From: a virus
Taxonomy: Duplodnaviria; Heunggongvirae; Uroviricota; Caudoviricetes
Length of the DNA stretch: 64,000 nucleotides
IMG/VR virus record: IMGVR_UViG_3300043172_001414
Direction: 5' to 3' (one strand)
Positions 49,752 through 57,508 of this stretch are shown one piece after another. Positions within the stretch are counted from its first letter, which is position 1. The number at the start of each line of letters is the position of its first letter. The notes beneath the pieces are model-generated. The model saw nothing but the letters and a program-made list of their open reading frames with translations, was not told where the DNA came from and did not search any database. A program made the translations under genes and the position numbers.

Positions 49752-50713
49752 TAATGAGTGTAGAAGAGAATACCAGTAAAAAGTTAAATAATTATCTGAT
49801 GACTGAGAAATATCGGCCACCTTCAGTTAGAAGTATGATACTGCCAGAAGCCTACAGAACATATTTCAATAAGATTGTGGATACAAAGAACATCCCAAAC
49901 TTACTGTTGTACAGCTCTAATCCAGGATCTGGTAAAACATCTATCGCTAAAGCTCTTTGTAAAGACATTAATGCTCGGTTCTTGTACATTAATATCTCTA
50001 CCGATAGTGGTATTAATACATTAAGAACAACAATCGAACGATTTGCTACCAACAAATCTATTGATGGTAGACAAAAGGTAATCATCCTGGATGAATTTGA
50101 TGGGGCATCCTATCAACTTCAGAAAGGCATGAAAGGTTTTGTTGAACAATTCCACAAGAACTGTAGATTTGTATTCACTACTAACTTCATAAACAAGATT
50201 ATTGAGCCTTTAAGAGAGGGTAGAACTCAGTTATTTAACTTCGACATGATGAAGGAAGAATATTCTAAAGAGATGAAGCCAAAGATTAAAGACCGTCTTC
50301 TAGCAATACTCGATAAAGAAGAGATTGATTATGAAGACCGTATTGTTAATAAGTTAATAGATAATTGTTATCCTAATATCAGAAAGATGATTAGCTCTAT
50401 TCAAAAGTGCAATAATATGTACGGTAAGCTGAACGAATCAGTCCTGACTAATGACACCAAGGATGAAGATTTCATTAACCTTATCTTATCTAAAAAGATA
50501 AATCAGTCCAGGAAGTATTTTCTTGAGAACGGCTATAGCTTTGATGAGATATATGTTCGCCTCTATAAAGAACTCGTACCAATGTTGGAGCCTAAATACC
50601 AAGCTGAAGCAATTATATTGATCGCTGAGTATATGGATAGGCATACACGAGCAATTGATCCAGAAATAACCTTTATGGCTCTATTAGCTGAAATAATGAT
50701 GATGGTAAAGTAA
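49748..50713 (+). CDS. 44: Clamp loader large subunit gp44 (AAA+), TTG start
   Basis: Walker A (SNPGSGKTS), DEFD Walker B, 321 aa. Confidence 0.8.
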   Translation: MIMSVEENTSKKLNNYLMTEKYRPPSVRSMILPEAYRTYFNKIVDTKNIPNLLLYSSNPGSGKTSIAKALCKDINARFLYINISTDSGINTLRTTIERFATNKSIDGRQKVIILDEFDGASYQLQKGMKGFVEQFHKNCRFVFTTNFINKIIEPLREGRTQLFNFDMMKEEYSKEMKPKIKDRLLAILDKEEIDYEDRIVNKLIDNCYPNIRKMISSIQKCNNMYGKLNESVLTNDTKDEDFINLILSKKINQSRKYFLENGYSFDEIYVRLYKELVPMLEPKYQAEAIILIAEYMDRHTRAIDPEITFMALLAEIMMMVK

Positions 50714-51024
50714 TGATGTATTCTAGAGATGAGTTTGTAGAGTTCGAAACTTTACACGGGATGTTTGTTTTCATTTATGAGAGCAAATGTCCTTTATGTA
50801 AAATGCACATACAGTCACTATACAATCACAATATATTAGACTTTTGCATCATTTACCTGGAAACAGATGAAGAAGTTGAATGGCTAGAGAAAAGATTTGA
50901 TATCCAAGGTGTTCCACACACTGCAGTATACAAACATAATAAACTTATCTGGCATAAGAACAATCTGTTCTTTAACAGACAAATTAAAGAACTTAATATA
51001 CAATTGGATATACTTAATGAATAG
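50713..51024 (+). CDS. Thioredoxin/glutaredoxin-like small protein (CPLC motif)
   Basis: FVFIYESKCPLCKMH; 103 aa; an RNR is present nearby. Confidence 0.4.
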   Translation: MMYSRDEFVEFETLHGMFVFIYESKCPLCKMHIQSLYNHNILDFCIIYLETDEEVEWLEKRFDIQGVPHTAVYKHNKLIWHKNNLFFNRQIKELNIQLDILNE

Positions 51025-51811
51025 ACTATTCTTCATAGTACCTACAGTAGACTTCATAGATCACGAGTTTGACACATATCTCGCCCCATCTTTACTGCCT
51101 AGATGGAAAAAGAATACATATTGCATGGACAATTCAGAAGGTGAATCCATATATGAGAAGTATAACAACGGTATCCAGAAACTCATAAGAAAAAGAAAAC
51201 TTACCGATGATGATATAATTGTATTTGCTCACTCGGACATAACCATATTAGACCAAAGCCTGGAAGACAAATTACGTCTAACCTTCGAGTATAAAACTGA
51301 AGTAGGTATAATTGGTGTATATGGCACAACACAATTTAATGAACAATTTGGATGGTGGTTAAATGATAGAGAAAAATACGCTAGGGGACATATTCAACAA
51401 GGTCTGGACGGCAGCACTTACCATATGTCAGACAGAATCGGTTTTTTTGATAATATGGTGGTCGTGGATGGTTGTTTCATGGCTATTAGAGGATCATTAG
51501 CTAAGTCACTTCAGTTTAGAACTAATATGGATGGTTATCATCAGTACGAGAACTCCTACTGTATCGATACACTCCTTAGAACTGAGTTTAAGGTAGCTGT
51601 GGTTGACATTTTTATACAACATGAGTCAGAGGGGCCTCTGTCAGAAGATTGGTTTAACAGTGGTCAGAAGCTCTTAAAAGAGTATACAGGGATGGGGTTG
51701 GAATTCCCTTTAACATCAGAAAACTTAAACAGACATAGAACTTTGCGTAATTTAAACAGTTACTTTCCAGAACCGAAAACCGACACAAAATCACCAGGAG
51801 TTTCGGCATAA
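51017..51811 (+). CDS. GT2-family (GT-A fold) glycosyltransferase (start taken at an internal Met)
   Basis: FFIVPT N-terminus, a DxD-like LTDDDIIVFAHSD segment and a DGCFMAIRGSLAKSLQF motif typical of GT2 enzymes. Confidence 0.55.
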   Translation: MNRLFFIVPTVDFIDHEFDTYLAPSLLPRWKKNTYCMDNSEGESIYEKYNNGIQKLIRKRKLTDDDIIVFAHSDITILDQSLEDKLRLTFEYKTEVGIIGVYGTTQFNEQFGWWLNDREKYARGHIQQGLDGSTYHMSDRIGFFDNMVVVDGCFMAIRGSLAKSLQFRTNMDGYHQYENSYCIDTLLRTEFKVAVVDIFIQHESEGPLSEDWFNSGQKLLKEYTGMGLEFPLTSENLNRHRTLRNLNSYFPEPKTDTKSPGVSA

Positions 51812-51812
51812 T

Positions 51813-51820
51813 TATAAATA
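51813..51820 (+). promoter_or_regulatory. T4-type late promoter TATAAATA upstream of the M15 peptidase gene
   Basis: Exact octamer about 30 nt upstream of the ATG. Confidence 0.5.
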
Positions 51821-51848
51821 ATATTAAGAGTACTTTTAGGATGTAATT

Positions 51849-52283
51849 ATGCCTCGATTCGGAAGAAGATCAAACAAAGAAAAAGAAACTCTACACGCAG
51901 ATTGGCAAGACATTCTTGACACTGCCATACAGTACGTTGATTTTAGTGTCATTCAAGGTGCTCGTGGTGAAGAAGAACAGAATAAGTACTTCGATCTGGG
52001 AAAGTCCAAACTAAAGTATCCCTATTCAAAACACAATACCTACCCATCATTGGCAGTGGACATAGCTCCCTGGGTTTCCGGTATTGGAATAGATTGGAAT
52101 AATATGGATAGATTTCTTAAAGTAGTCTTCTTTATTAAAGGCATAGCATACGCAAAAGGTATTATTATTAGGACTGGTGCTGATTGGGATGGTGATTTTT
52201 ATAGCAAAGATCATACATTTATAGACGTGCCACACTTAGAACTTGAAAGTAGACTAATCGATAACCGATGGGTTAAATATTAA
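51849..52283 (+). CDS. Peptidase M15 (L-Ala-D-Glu endopeptidase-like), candidate endolysin
   Basis: Zn-ligand pattern SKHNTYPSLAVDIAP … DWDGDFYSKDHTF; 144 aa, similar in size to the T5 endolysin; late promoter TATAAATA at about 51813. Confidence 0.55.
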   Translation: MPRFGRRSNKEKETLHADWQDILDTAIQYVDFSVIQGARGEEEQNKYFDLGKSKLKYPYSKHNTYPSLAVDIAPWVSGIGIDWNNMDRFLKVVFFIKGIAYAKGIIIRTGADWDGDFYSKDHTFIDVPHLELESRLIDNRWVKY

Positions 52284-52291
52284 GGAATAAC

Positions 52292-52696
52292 ATGAATAAG
52301 AAGAAAAAGTCACCATTTGAATATATTAAAGATTTAACGGTTAACAAAAAGAAATACCCTGATGTATCAGAAGACTATCTAAAGGACTATGAACCCGTTG
52401 TAATCAATAAGATTTTATCAATGAACTTTCGAACATATCCTCAGTTAATGAAGATAAACAAGATGTCATGTGCAAGTATGCCAAAAGAAATGCACTATAG
52501 GTATCTACATTCAGCGTTAAAAAAGCAGTACTATAAAATTGATTATGTTAAAGGTAAGAAGAACGTTAATGCAGATAATGTCAAATTTGTATCGGAGTAT
52601 TACAGTTGTAGCAATAGAGAAGCCCTGTCGCATATGGAAATACTTACTAAAGATCAAATTAAAACAATAAAGGCGCTATACAAAACAAGAATTTAA
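52292..52696 (+). CDS. Hypothetical basic protein
   Basis: 134-aa ORF. Confidence 0.35.
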   Translation: MNKKKKSPFEYIKDLTVNKKKYPDVSEDYLKDYEPVVINKILSMNFRTYPQLMKINKMSCASMPKEMHYRYLHSALKKQYYKIDYVKGKKNVNADNVKFVSEYYSCSNREALSHMEILTKDQIKTIKALYKTRI

Positions 52697-52697
52697 T

Positions 52698-53258
52698 ATG
52701 AACAAAGCAATCTACATACCACCAACAGATGAGAACGGGAAGTTTTACTGGGTTCCCGTAGTAATTAAAAACAAAGATTATCTATTAGGTTTTCTTACAG
52801 GTATGGAATCAGCAATGATTGCTTTGCAAATATACGAAGAACTCAACCCATCCCTTGGATCAGAACGATTCAACGACATATTACCGGATGGTAGAAGAAT
52901 TGGCAACATGTCGAGGAGTGAGTTTAAAGACCACGTTAAAACCTCGATATTAGATGAGCAAGAAAGTCTTCTTGTTCGAGAGAACCATCCAGACCACAAC
53001 CCCGATGTACTAGACTATTTTTTCCACGTTAGCTGCTACTGTGGCAACTTTTATGGATTCCATGAGCCAGAAGACATCCCCGAAGAAAACTTACACTGTG
53101 ACTGGTGTGATAAGATATTATTCCACTATACTAATAAAGATGATACAGACTTTCAATATGACGGGTCTGAAAATGACACCGCCAATGTTATCAAAGCAGT
53201 CAAACAGGAACTAGGAATAGTCGATGATGACGATGACGATGAAGACGAATTTTACTAA
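52698..53258 (+). CDS. Hypothetical protein with an acidic tail
   Basis: 186 aa; Cys/His cluster; poly-Asp C-terminus. Confidence 0.35.
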   Translation: MNKAIYIPPTDENGKFYWVPVVIKNKDYLLGFLTGMESAMIALQIYEELNPSLGSERFNDILPDGRRIGNMSRSEFKDHVKTSILDEQESLLVRENHPDHNPDVLDYFFHVSCYCGNFYGFHEPEDIPEENLHCDWCDKILFHYTNKDDTDFQYDGSENDTANVIKAVKQELGIVDDDDDDEDEFY

Positions 53259-53401
53259 ATAATCATTTTTTTCAAAATAGGACAACGTTTTTTCAATTTA
53301 ATACACCATTTCGTTTTATAATGACTCGATTTGGGGCCTGTAATTTGGCACCCTTTTAATAAATACTTTTAGAAATCACAACCTAAAGGAACACAAATTA
53401 C

Positions 53402-53761
53402 ATGTCATATTACCATACTTTAATGGATGAACTATTTAACCATACCTTTAACCAAACATTTGAACGATTCAATCCATCCCCTGAATTTACCATACCAACG
53501 GAGGTCACTAAAGACGAAGCTGGGTATCACGTACATCTACAATTACCTGGCATCACAAAAGATCAAGTAAAAGTCCAATTAGAAAAGGATCAGATTACAG
53601 TTACCGTTTCAGATAAAAAGGAGACCGTTAAATCTATAGGTATCACACCTACTATTGATTCACCCAAAATCACCTGCTCTATGGACTTAGGAATACTGAT
53701 AATAGATCTTCCCTTCAAAGAAGAACATGTCATCAGGAAACGTACAATTGAAATCAAATAG
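53402..53761 (+). CDS. Small heat-shock protein (Hsp20/alpha-crystallin domain)
   Basis: EVTKDEAGYHVHLQLPGITKDQVKVQLEKDQITVT matches the ACD consensus; followed by a terminator. Confidence 0.65.
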   Translation: MSYYHTLMDELFNHTFNQTFERFNPSPEFTIPTEVTKDEAGYHVHLQLPGITKDQVKVQLEKDQITVTVSDKKETVKSIGITPTIDSPKITCSMDLGILIIDLPFKEEHVIRKRTIEIK

Positions 53762-53775
53762 GGAGATAATTTATT

Positions 53776-53805
53776 AAAAAGGGAGCAGTAACTCCCTTTT
53801 TTTTT
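53776..53805. terminator. Bidirectional terminator after the Hsp20 gene
   Basis: A-tract, then stem GGGAG/CTCCC, then a T9 run. Confidence 0.7.
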
Positions 53806-53884
53806 CATTATTATATATATACTATAAGAGAAAACGAGTTTATTAATTTTATTAACTTTATTTTCACTTTTATTAACTTTTCTA

Positions 53885-53919
53885 TTGACATCAGTACATA
53901 TTTATTGTATACTTTAGTT
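53885..53919 (+). promoter_or_regulatory. Sigma70-type promoter TTGACA-17-TATACT followed by TTAGTT, at the head of the tRNA island
   Basis: The spacer contains CAGTACATA; candidate tRNA-cluster promoter. Confidence 0.55.
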
Positions 53920-54185
53920 ATTAGTTTAGACGGTACAACATACTAAAAGATTAGGACACATTTTGGCACAGATAAATTTTATTAAATGCATGACCAACGA
54001 TCAATTTGATCACGGCTCGTACTATGCCAAGAATCTAATCACAGAAGTTATACCTACTTAGATCTACCAGTCCCCATTGTGCGACTCGGTGATCACCGGA
54101 GTTGCACACAAGCATCTCCACAAAATCAAAAAAATGAATATTCGTCTAGAACGATTATTGCTATTTGACAAGGTTGGAAAAAATA

Positions 54186-54258
54186 CGCTACCGTAGCTCA
54201 GTTGGCAGAGCGCCATATTTGTATTATGGATGTCACGGGTTCGATGCCTGTCGGTAGC
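54186..54258 (+). tRNA. tRNA-Thr (anticodon TGT)
   Basis: Hand-folded cloverleaf: acceptor GCTACCG/CGGTAGC, D-loop AGTTGGCA, anticodon loop TTTGTAT, T-arm ACGGGTTCGATGCCTGT. Confidence 0.8.
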
Positions 54259-54318
54259 TTAATATCAGTTCGATAGCAATCTGTTGCTTTTATAAATACT
54301 CATAAATAAGAGATATTT

Positions 54319-54960
54319 ATGAAAACAGATTGCACTAAAACTGATGGGTGGAAAGCCGCTCAAATAAAAACTAAAGTAACTTGCAAAGAAAAAACAAGAT
54401 TATTTAAATTAAATTATTTGGAGACTCCCAATTTATGTAAACAGTGTAGTTGTAAACTACCATTCGAAAAGAGATCCAATAAATTTTGCTCTCATAGTTG
54501 TTCAGCGTCATTTAATAATAAGGGCGTTAGAAGGCATGGGTATGAAAATATATTGGAATTCTGTCTACACTGCAATACAAAATTGACAACCCAAAAAAAG
54601 TTTTGTGATATTGATTGTAAAAATGATTATTATCACCAACAGTTTTTATTACAATGGAAATGTGGAAATCATAACGGGCTTAGAGGTGAATATAATCTAT
54701 CTGCCCATATAAGAAGATACATATTTGAAAAATATGATAGTAAATGCTGTCAATGTGGATGGGATGAAAAACACCCTTCTGATGGAAAAATACCATTAGA
54801 TATAGATCATATTGACGGTGATTATAATAATAATAATGAAGATAATTTAAGATTATTATGCCCTAATTGTCATTCATTAACACTAACATATAAATCCAGA
54901 AATAAAAACGGTAGAAAACAAAGAAAAAAATATTATAAAAAATGTGCGTTGCAATTGTGA
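54319..54960 (+). CDS. HNH homing endonuclease
   Basis: CQCGW…DIDHIDGDYNNNNEDNLRLLCPNCH. Confidence 0.75.
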   Translation: MKTDCTKTDGWKAAQIKTKVTCKEKTRLFKLNYLETPNLCKQCSCKLPFEKRSNKFCSHSCSASFNNKGVRRHGYENILEFCLHCNTKLTTQKKFCDIDCKNDYYHQQFLLQWKCGNHNGLRGEYNLSAHIRRYIFEKYDSKCCQCGWDEKHPSDGKIPLDIDHIDGDYNNNNEDNLRLLCPNCHSLTLTYKSRNKNGRKQRKKYYKKCALQL

Positions 54961-55260
54961 CTTACTTCGTTTTTCATTAACATGAAAGAAATCAAGGTTC
55001 AATTCCTTGTTTCCCCACCTGGTAGATTCTGTCTATCCGGTGGGGAAATAGCCCAATTGGTAGAGGCAATTCAAATTCAGTTATGATGATTTTTACCATA
55101 TTTTTTATTTTAAACATTTTTAAAAATGTGTGTTGCAAATTTGACTTACTTCGGATAAAAAAAACAATTCTAATGTTAATATCTTGGTTCAAATCCAGGA
55201 ACCGCCACTAAGTGGATAATGTCTATTTGGTGGCGGTTTAAAATAAATCAGTCATGTTAC
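54937..55260 (+). repeat. Tandem duplicated about 100-nt module: 33-nt direct repeat, T-arm-like hairpin and a 9-10 bp stem-loop (possible small stable RNAs)
   Basis: Direct repeat aaaaatgtgYgttgcaaWttgtgacttacttcg at about 54937 and 55122. Hairpins at about 55010-55048 and 55200-55238, each preceded by GGTTCAA(T/A)TCC, with loops sharing TGTCTAT. Confidence 0.5.
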
Positions 55261-55283
55261 CCTTTACCACATTTTTAATTATT

Positions 55284-55355
55284 GGTCGTATCGTCCAGTG
55301 GTTAGGACAGCAGCTTTTCAAGCTGAAAACCGGAGTTCAATTCTCCGTACGACTA
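55284..55355 (+). tRNA. tRNA-Glu (anticodon TTC)
   Basis: Acceptor GGTCGTA/TACGACT, D-stem GTCC/GGAC, anticodon loop TTTTCAA, T-arm CGGAGTTCAATTCTCCG. Confidence 0.7.
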
Positions 55356-55358
55356 TTA

Positions 55359-55431
55359 TGCGAGGAAGAGCAGTCCGGTCGCTTGCTGGCCTCATAAGCC
55401 AGAGTCCGTAGGTTCAAATCCTACCCTCCGC
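55359..55431 (+). tRNA. tRNA with CAT anticodon (Met or Ile2), imperfect acceptor and D stems
   Basis: Anticodon arm CTGGC-CTCATAA-GCCAG and T-arm GTAGGTTCAAATCCTAC; two A-C mismatches in the acceptor stem. Confidence 0.5.
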
Positions 55432-55450
55432 TATTATATTAATAAAACTT

Positions 55451-55525
55451 TGCAGGATCGAACAGTCTGGACGTTCAAATGGCTCATAACCATTATAGAC
55501 GGTGGTTCAAATCCACCTCCTGCTA
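55451..55525 (+). tRNA. tRNA with CAT anticodon (initiator-like, unpaired 1:72)
   Basis: Anticodon arm AATGG-CTCATAA-CCATT, D-stem GAAC/GTTC, T-arm GGTGGTTCAAATCCACC; T1-T72 mismatch. Confidence 0.6.
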
Positions 55526-55534
55526 TTTTTTTAT

Positions 55535-55607
55535 TGGCGTGTAGCACAACTGGAAGTGCACCACCCTTTGACGGTGAAGGTTGTCAGTTCGAGTCTGACC
55601 ACGCCAT
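55535..55607 (+). tRNA. tRNA-Gln (anticodon TTG)
   Basis: Acceptor TGGCGTG/CACGCCA (U1:A72 as in bacterial tRNA-Gln), D-stem GCAC/GTGC, anticodon loop CTTTGAC, T-arm GTCAGTTCGAGTCTGAC. Confidence 0.8.
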
Positions 55608-55610
55608 TCT

Positions 55611-55695
55611 GGAAGGTACTGACCAATGGTGGTCAAGCAGTTTTGAACGCTGTGGCGTGGGTGAAACCACGGGGGTTCGATTCCTCTACTTTCCT
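55611..55695 (+). tRNA. tRNA-Ser (anticodon TGA), type II
   Basis: Acceptor GGAAGGT/ACTTTCC, D-stem TGAC/GTCA, anticodon loop TTTGAAC, long variable arm CGTGG-GTGAAA-CCACG, T-loop TTCGATT. Confidence 0.65.
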
Positions 55696-55745
55696 TACAG
55701 ATGTACAAGAATAAGACCCCTCATCTATAAAAATTGGGGTCACGA

Positions 55746-55822
55746 GCCGGATTAGCTCAGCCTGGTTAGAGCGGAACCTTCATACGGTTTGTCTGTCACT
55801 GGTTCAAATCCAGTATCCGGTA
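55746..55822 (+). tRNA. tRNA with CAT anticodon (third copy)
   Basis: Acceptor GCCGGAT/ATCCGGT, D-arm GCTC-AGCCTGGTTA-GAGC, anticodon loop TTCATAC, T-arm ACTGGTTCAAATCCAGT. Confidence 0.7.
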
Positions 55823-55827
55823 CTATA

Positions 55828-55901
55828 GGGGTCATAGCTTAGTTGGCTAAAGCACTTGCCTGTCACGCAAGAGATCGTCGGTTCGAGTCCGTCTGTCCTC
55901 G
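55828..55901 (+). tRNA. tRNA-Asp (anticodon GTC)
   Basis: D-arm GCTT-AGTTGGCTA-AAGC, anticodon arm CTTGC-CTGTCAC-GCAAG, T-loop TTCGAGT, discriminator G. Confidence 0.7.
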
Positions 55902-55916
55902 TTTTAAAGGAACAAC

Positions 55917-56192
55917 ATGAGAGAGTACAATATTTTATTATCGCAGACCCAGCAGAGAGCGTATGAAAATATAAAATCTGCTAAAAAAGTAATATGGTAT
56001 GTAGCAGAACATAAAGCTTTTTTACATAAATCTAAAACTGAAGTAAACATGAATACATTTATGTCACTCCTTATAATAGGATTACTAAAATGGAACAGAA
56101 CAGTTAGTCATCATTATGATATGGAAGAATATATCATAGATGAAAATACAGAAAAATTATTAACTAAATACTTGACTATAACTGAAAAATAG
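55917..56192 (+). CDS. Hypothetical protein
   Basis: 91-aa ORF within the tRNA island. Confidence 0.35.
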   Translation: MREYNILLSQTQQRAYENIKSAKKVIWYVAEHKAFLHKSKTEVNMNTFMSLLIIGLLKWNRTVSHHYDMEEYIIDENTEKLLTKYLTITEK

Positions 56193-56229
56193 TATATAAT
56201 ATTTATATACTATCAAACGGAATAATATT

Positions 56230-56598
56230 ATGAACGAACATACAATTTACTATCATTTTAGATACGCAGGGCCTTTTGGAAAACTAGCGGTTGGTGCTAA
56301 TAAGCTCGAACCTGTACTTCAGTTTACACCTATAAAAAACCCACACAGTAATGGTGGAGTTACAATCGCTGTAAGAGAGAGTGGAGATAATCTATTCTTT
56401 GGTGTTGCTAAATGCGCTCTATCAGATACTTATAGCAAAAGTTATGGAAGAGTACGAGCTGAAGGTATCAGTAGAAGTGCAAAATCTCTCAGAACCGAGA
56501 AGATGGATAAAGACGACATCACCAAAACTGCAGTTGAATTAGCTCAGTTGGTAGGTAGCAGATTCAGCCTTGAAGACGCTGTTTCACAATTAGCTTAA
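56230..56598 (+). CDS. Hypothetical protein
   Basis: 122-aa ORF. Confidence 0.4.
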   Translation: MNEHTIYYHFRYAGPFGKLAVGANKLEPVLQFTPIKNPHSNGGVTIAVRESGDNLFFGVAKCALSDTYSKSYGRVRAEGISRSAKSLRTEKMDKDDITKTAVELAQLVGSRFSLEDAVSQLA

Positions 56599-56765
56599 GG
56601 TACTCACAGTACCTATCCTCCAAAAAGTTACTCATATTACTTTTCAAAAAATTGAGTGGATGAGATTACAAGCCTCTCCATTATAAAAAACTTGTTCTCC
56701 TTTCGTTATAAATGATGGTCAGTTGCTGCTTGCAGTAACTGACCTTTTTAATAAAGGAAAATCAA

Positions 56766-56850
56766 TGGCGAATATCCGAGTTGGTAGCAGGAGGCGCACT
56801 GTTAATGCGTTGGAGAAATCCCACCGTAGGTTCGAGTCCTACTTTGCCAG
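56766..56850 (+). tRNA. Type-II-shaped tRNA with GTT (Asn) anticodon and discriminator G
   Basis: Acceptor TGGCGAA/TTTGCCA, 3-bp D-stem, anticodon arm GCGCA-CTGTTAA-TGCGT, 15-nt variable region, T-arm GTAGGTTCGAGTCCTAC. Confidence 0.5.
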
Positions 56851-56896
56851 TTTTTAACATTTATACATACTCATATAGTTTATTGGTAACATTGAT

Positions 56897-57508
56897 ATGA
56901 GTAAAATTAACAAAGAATTAAGCATAGCAGATAGACAAGCCTTAGGTGCTAGATGCACAAAGGAACATATTATAAATGCTTTCGGAAATTGTTGCACTGT
57001 ATGTGGATATAATAAAAGTCCTGCGGTTTTAGCGTTTCACCATATCAATCCTGGTGAAAAAGAAACCTCATTTGCATCAAAATTAATGACAAAAAAAATA
57101 TGGCCTCGCCTGGTTAAAGAATTAAGAAAATGTATTTTAGTTTGTCATAACTGCCACGCTGAGATACATCAAGGGATAACTAAAGTACCAAGGAACGCTA
57201 TCCAGTTTGATGAACTATATTCTTTGTATTGGGTTGAAGATAAACATTCCGATAAATGCGTTTGTGGAAATAAAAAAGAAATATGGAAACAAACATGTTC
57301 TGAAAAATGTACTAGAGTTATTAGAGGCATAAAAATATCGCACAGCAAAACTAATTTAAAATGGAAAGACATTGATTTGATTAATGAACTAAAAACTCAA
57401 ACCATATCTGAGTTATCCCGTTCACTGGGCTGTGGATGGGATACAGTAAAAAGAAATTATGACAAACAAAAAGAGGTTTGCAATGTCAATGAAGTTAGAC
57501 ACATTTAG
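56897..57508 (+). CDS. HNH homing endonuclease
   Basis: CTVCGY…AFHHINP…LVCHNCH. Confidence 0.75.
   Translation: MSKINKELSIADRQALGARCTKEHIINAFGNCCTVCGYNKSPAVLAFHHINPGEKETSFASKLMTKKIWPRLVKELRKCILVCHNCHAEIHQGITKVPRNAIQFDELYSLYWVEDKHSDKCVCGNKKEIWKQTCSEKCTRVIRGIKISHSKTNLKWKDIDLINELKTQTISELSRSLGCGWDTVKRNYDKQKEVCNVNEVRHI

Noticed and set aside
54990-55075. Element 1 as a genuine circularly permuted tRNA gene
   Set aside because: Although a D-arm-like segment follows, no anticodon arm can be folded, and the paralogous element 2 lacks D and anticodon arms altogether. Reported instead as tRNA-minihelix-like hairpins.
55450-55755. Tracked ORFs inside the tRNA cluster (55450..55755, 55502..55714, 55523..55708, 58917..59123, 61753..61944, 62375..62590)
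   Set aside because: They overlap multiple well-folded tRNA genes or lie antisense within a CDS; treated as spurious frames.
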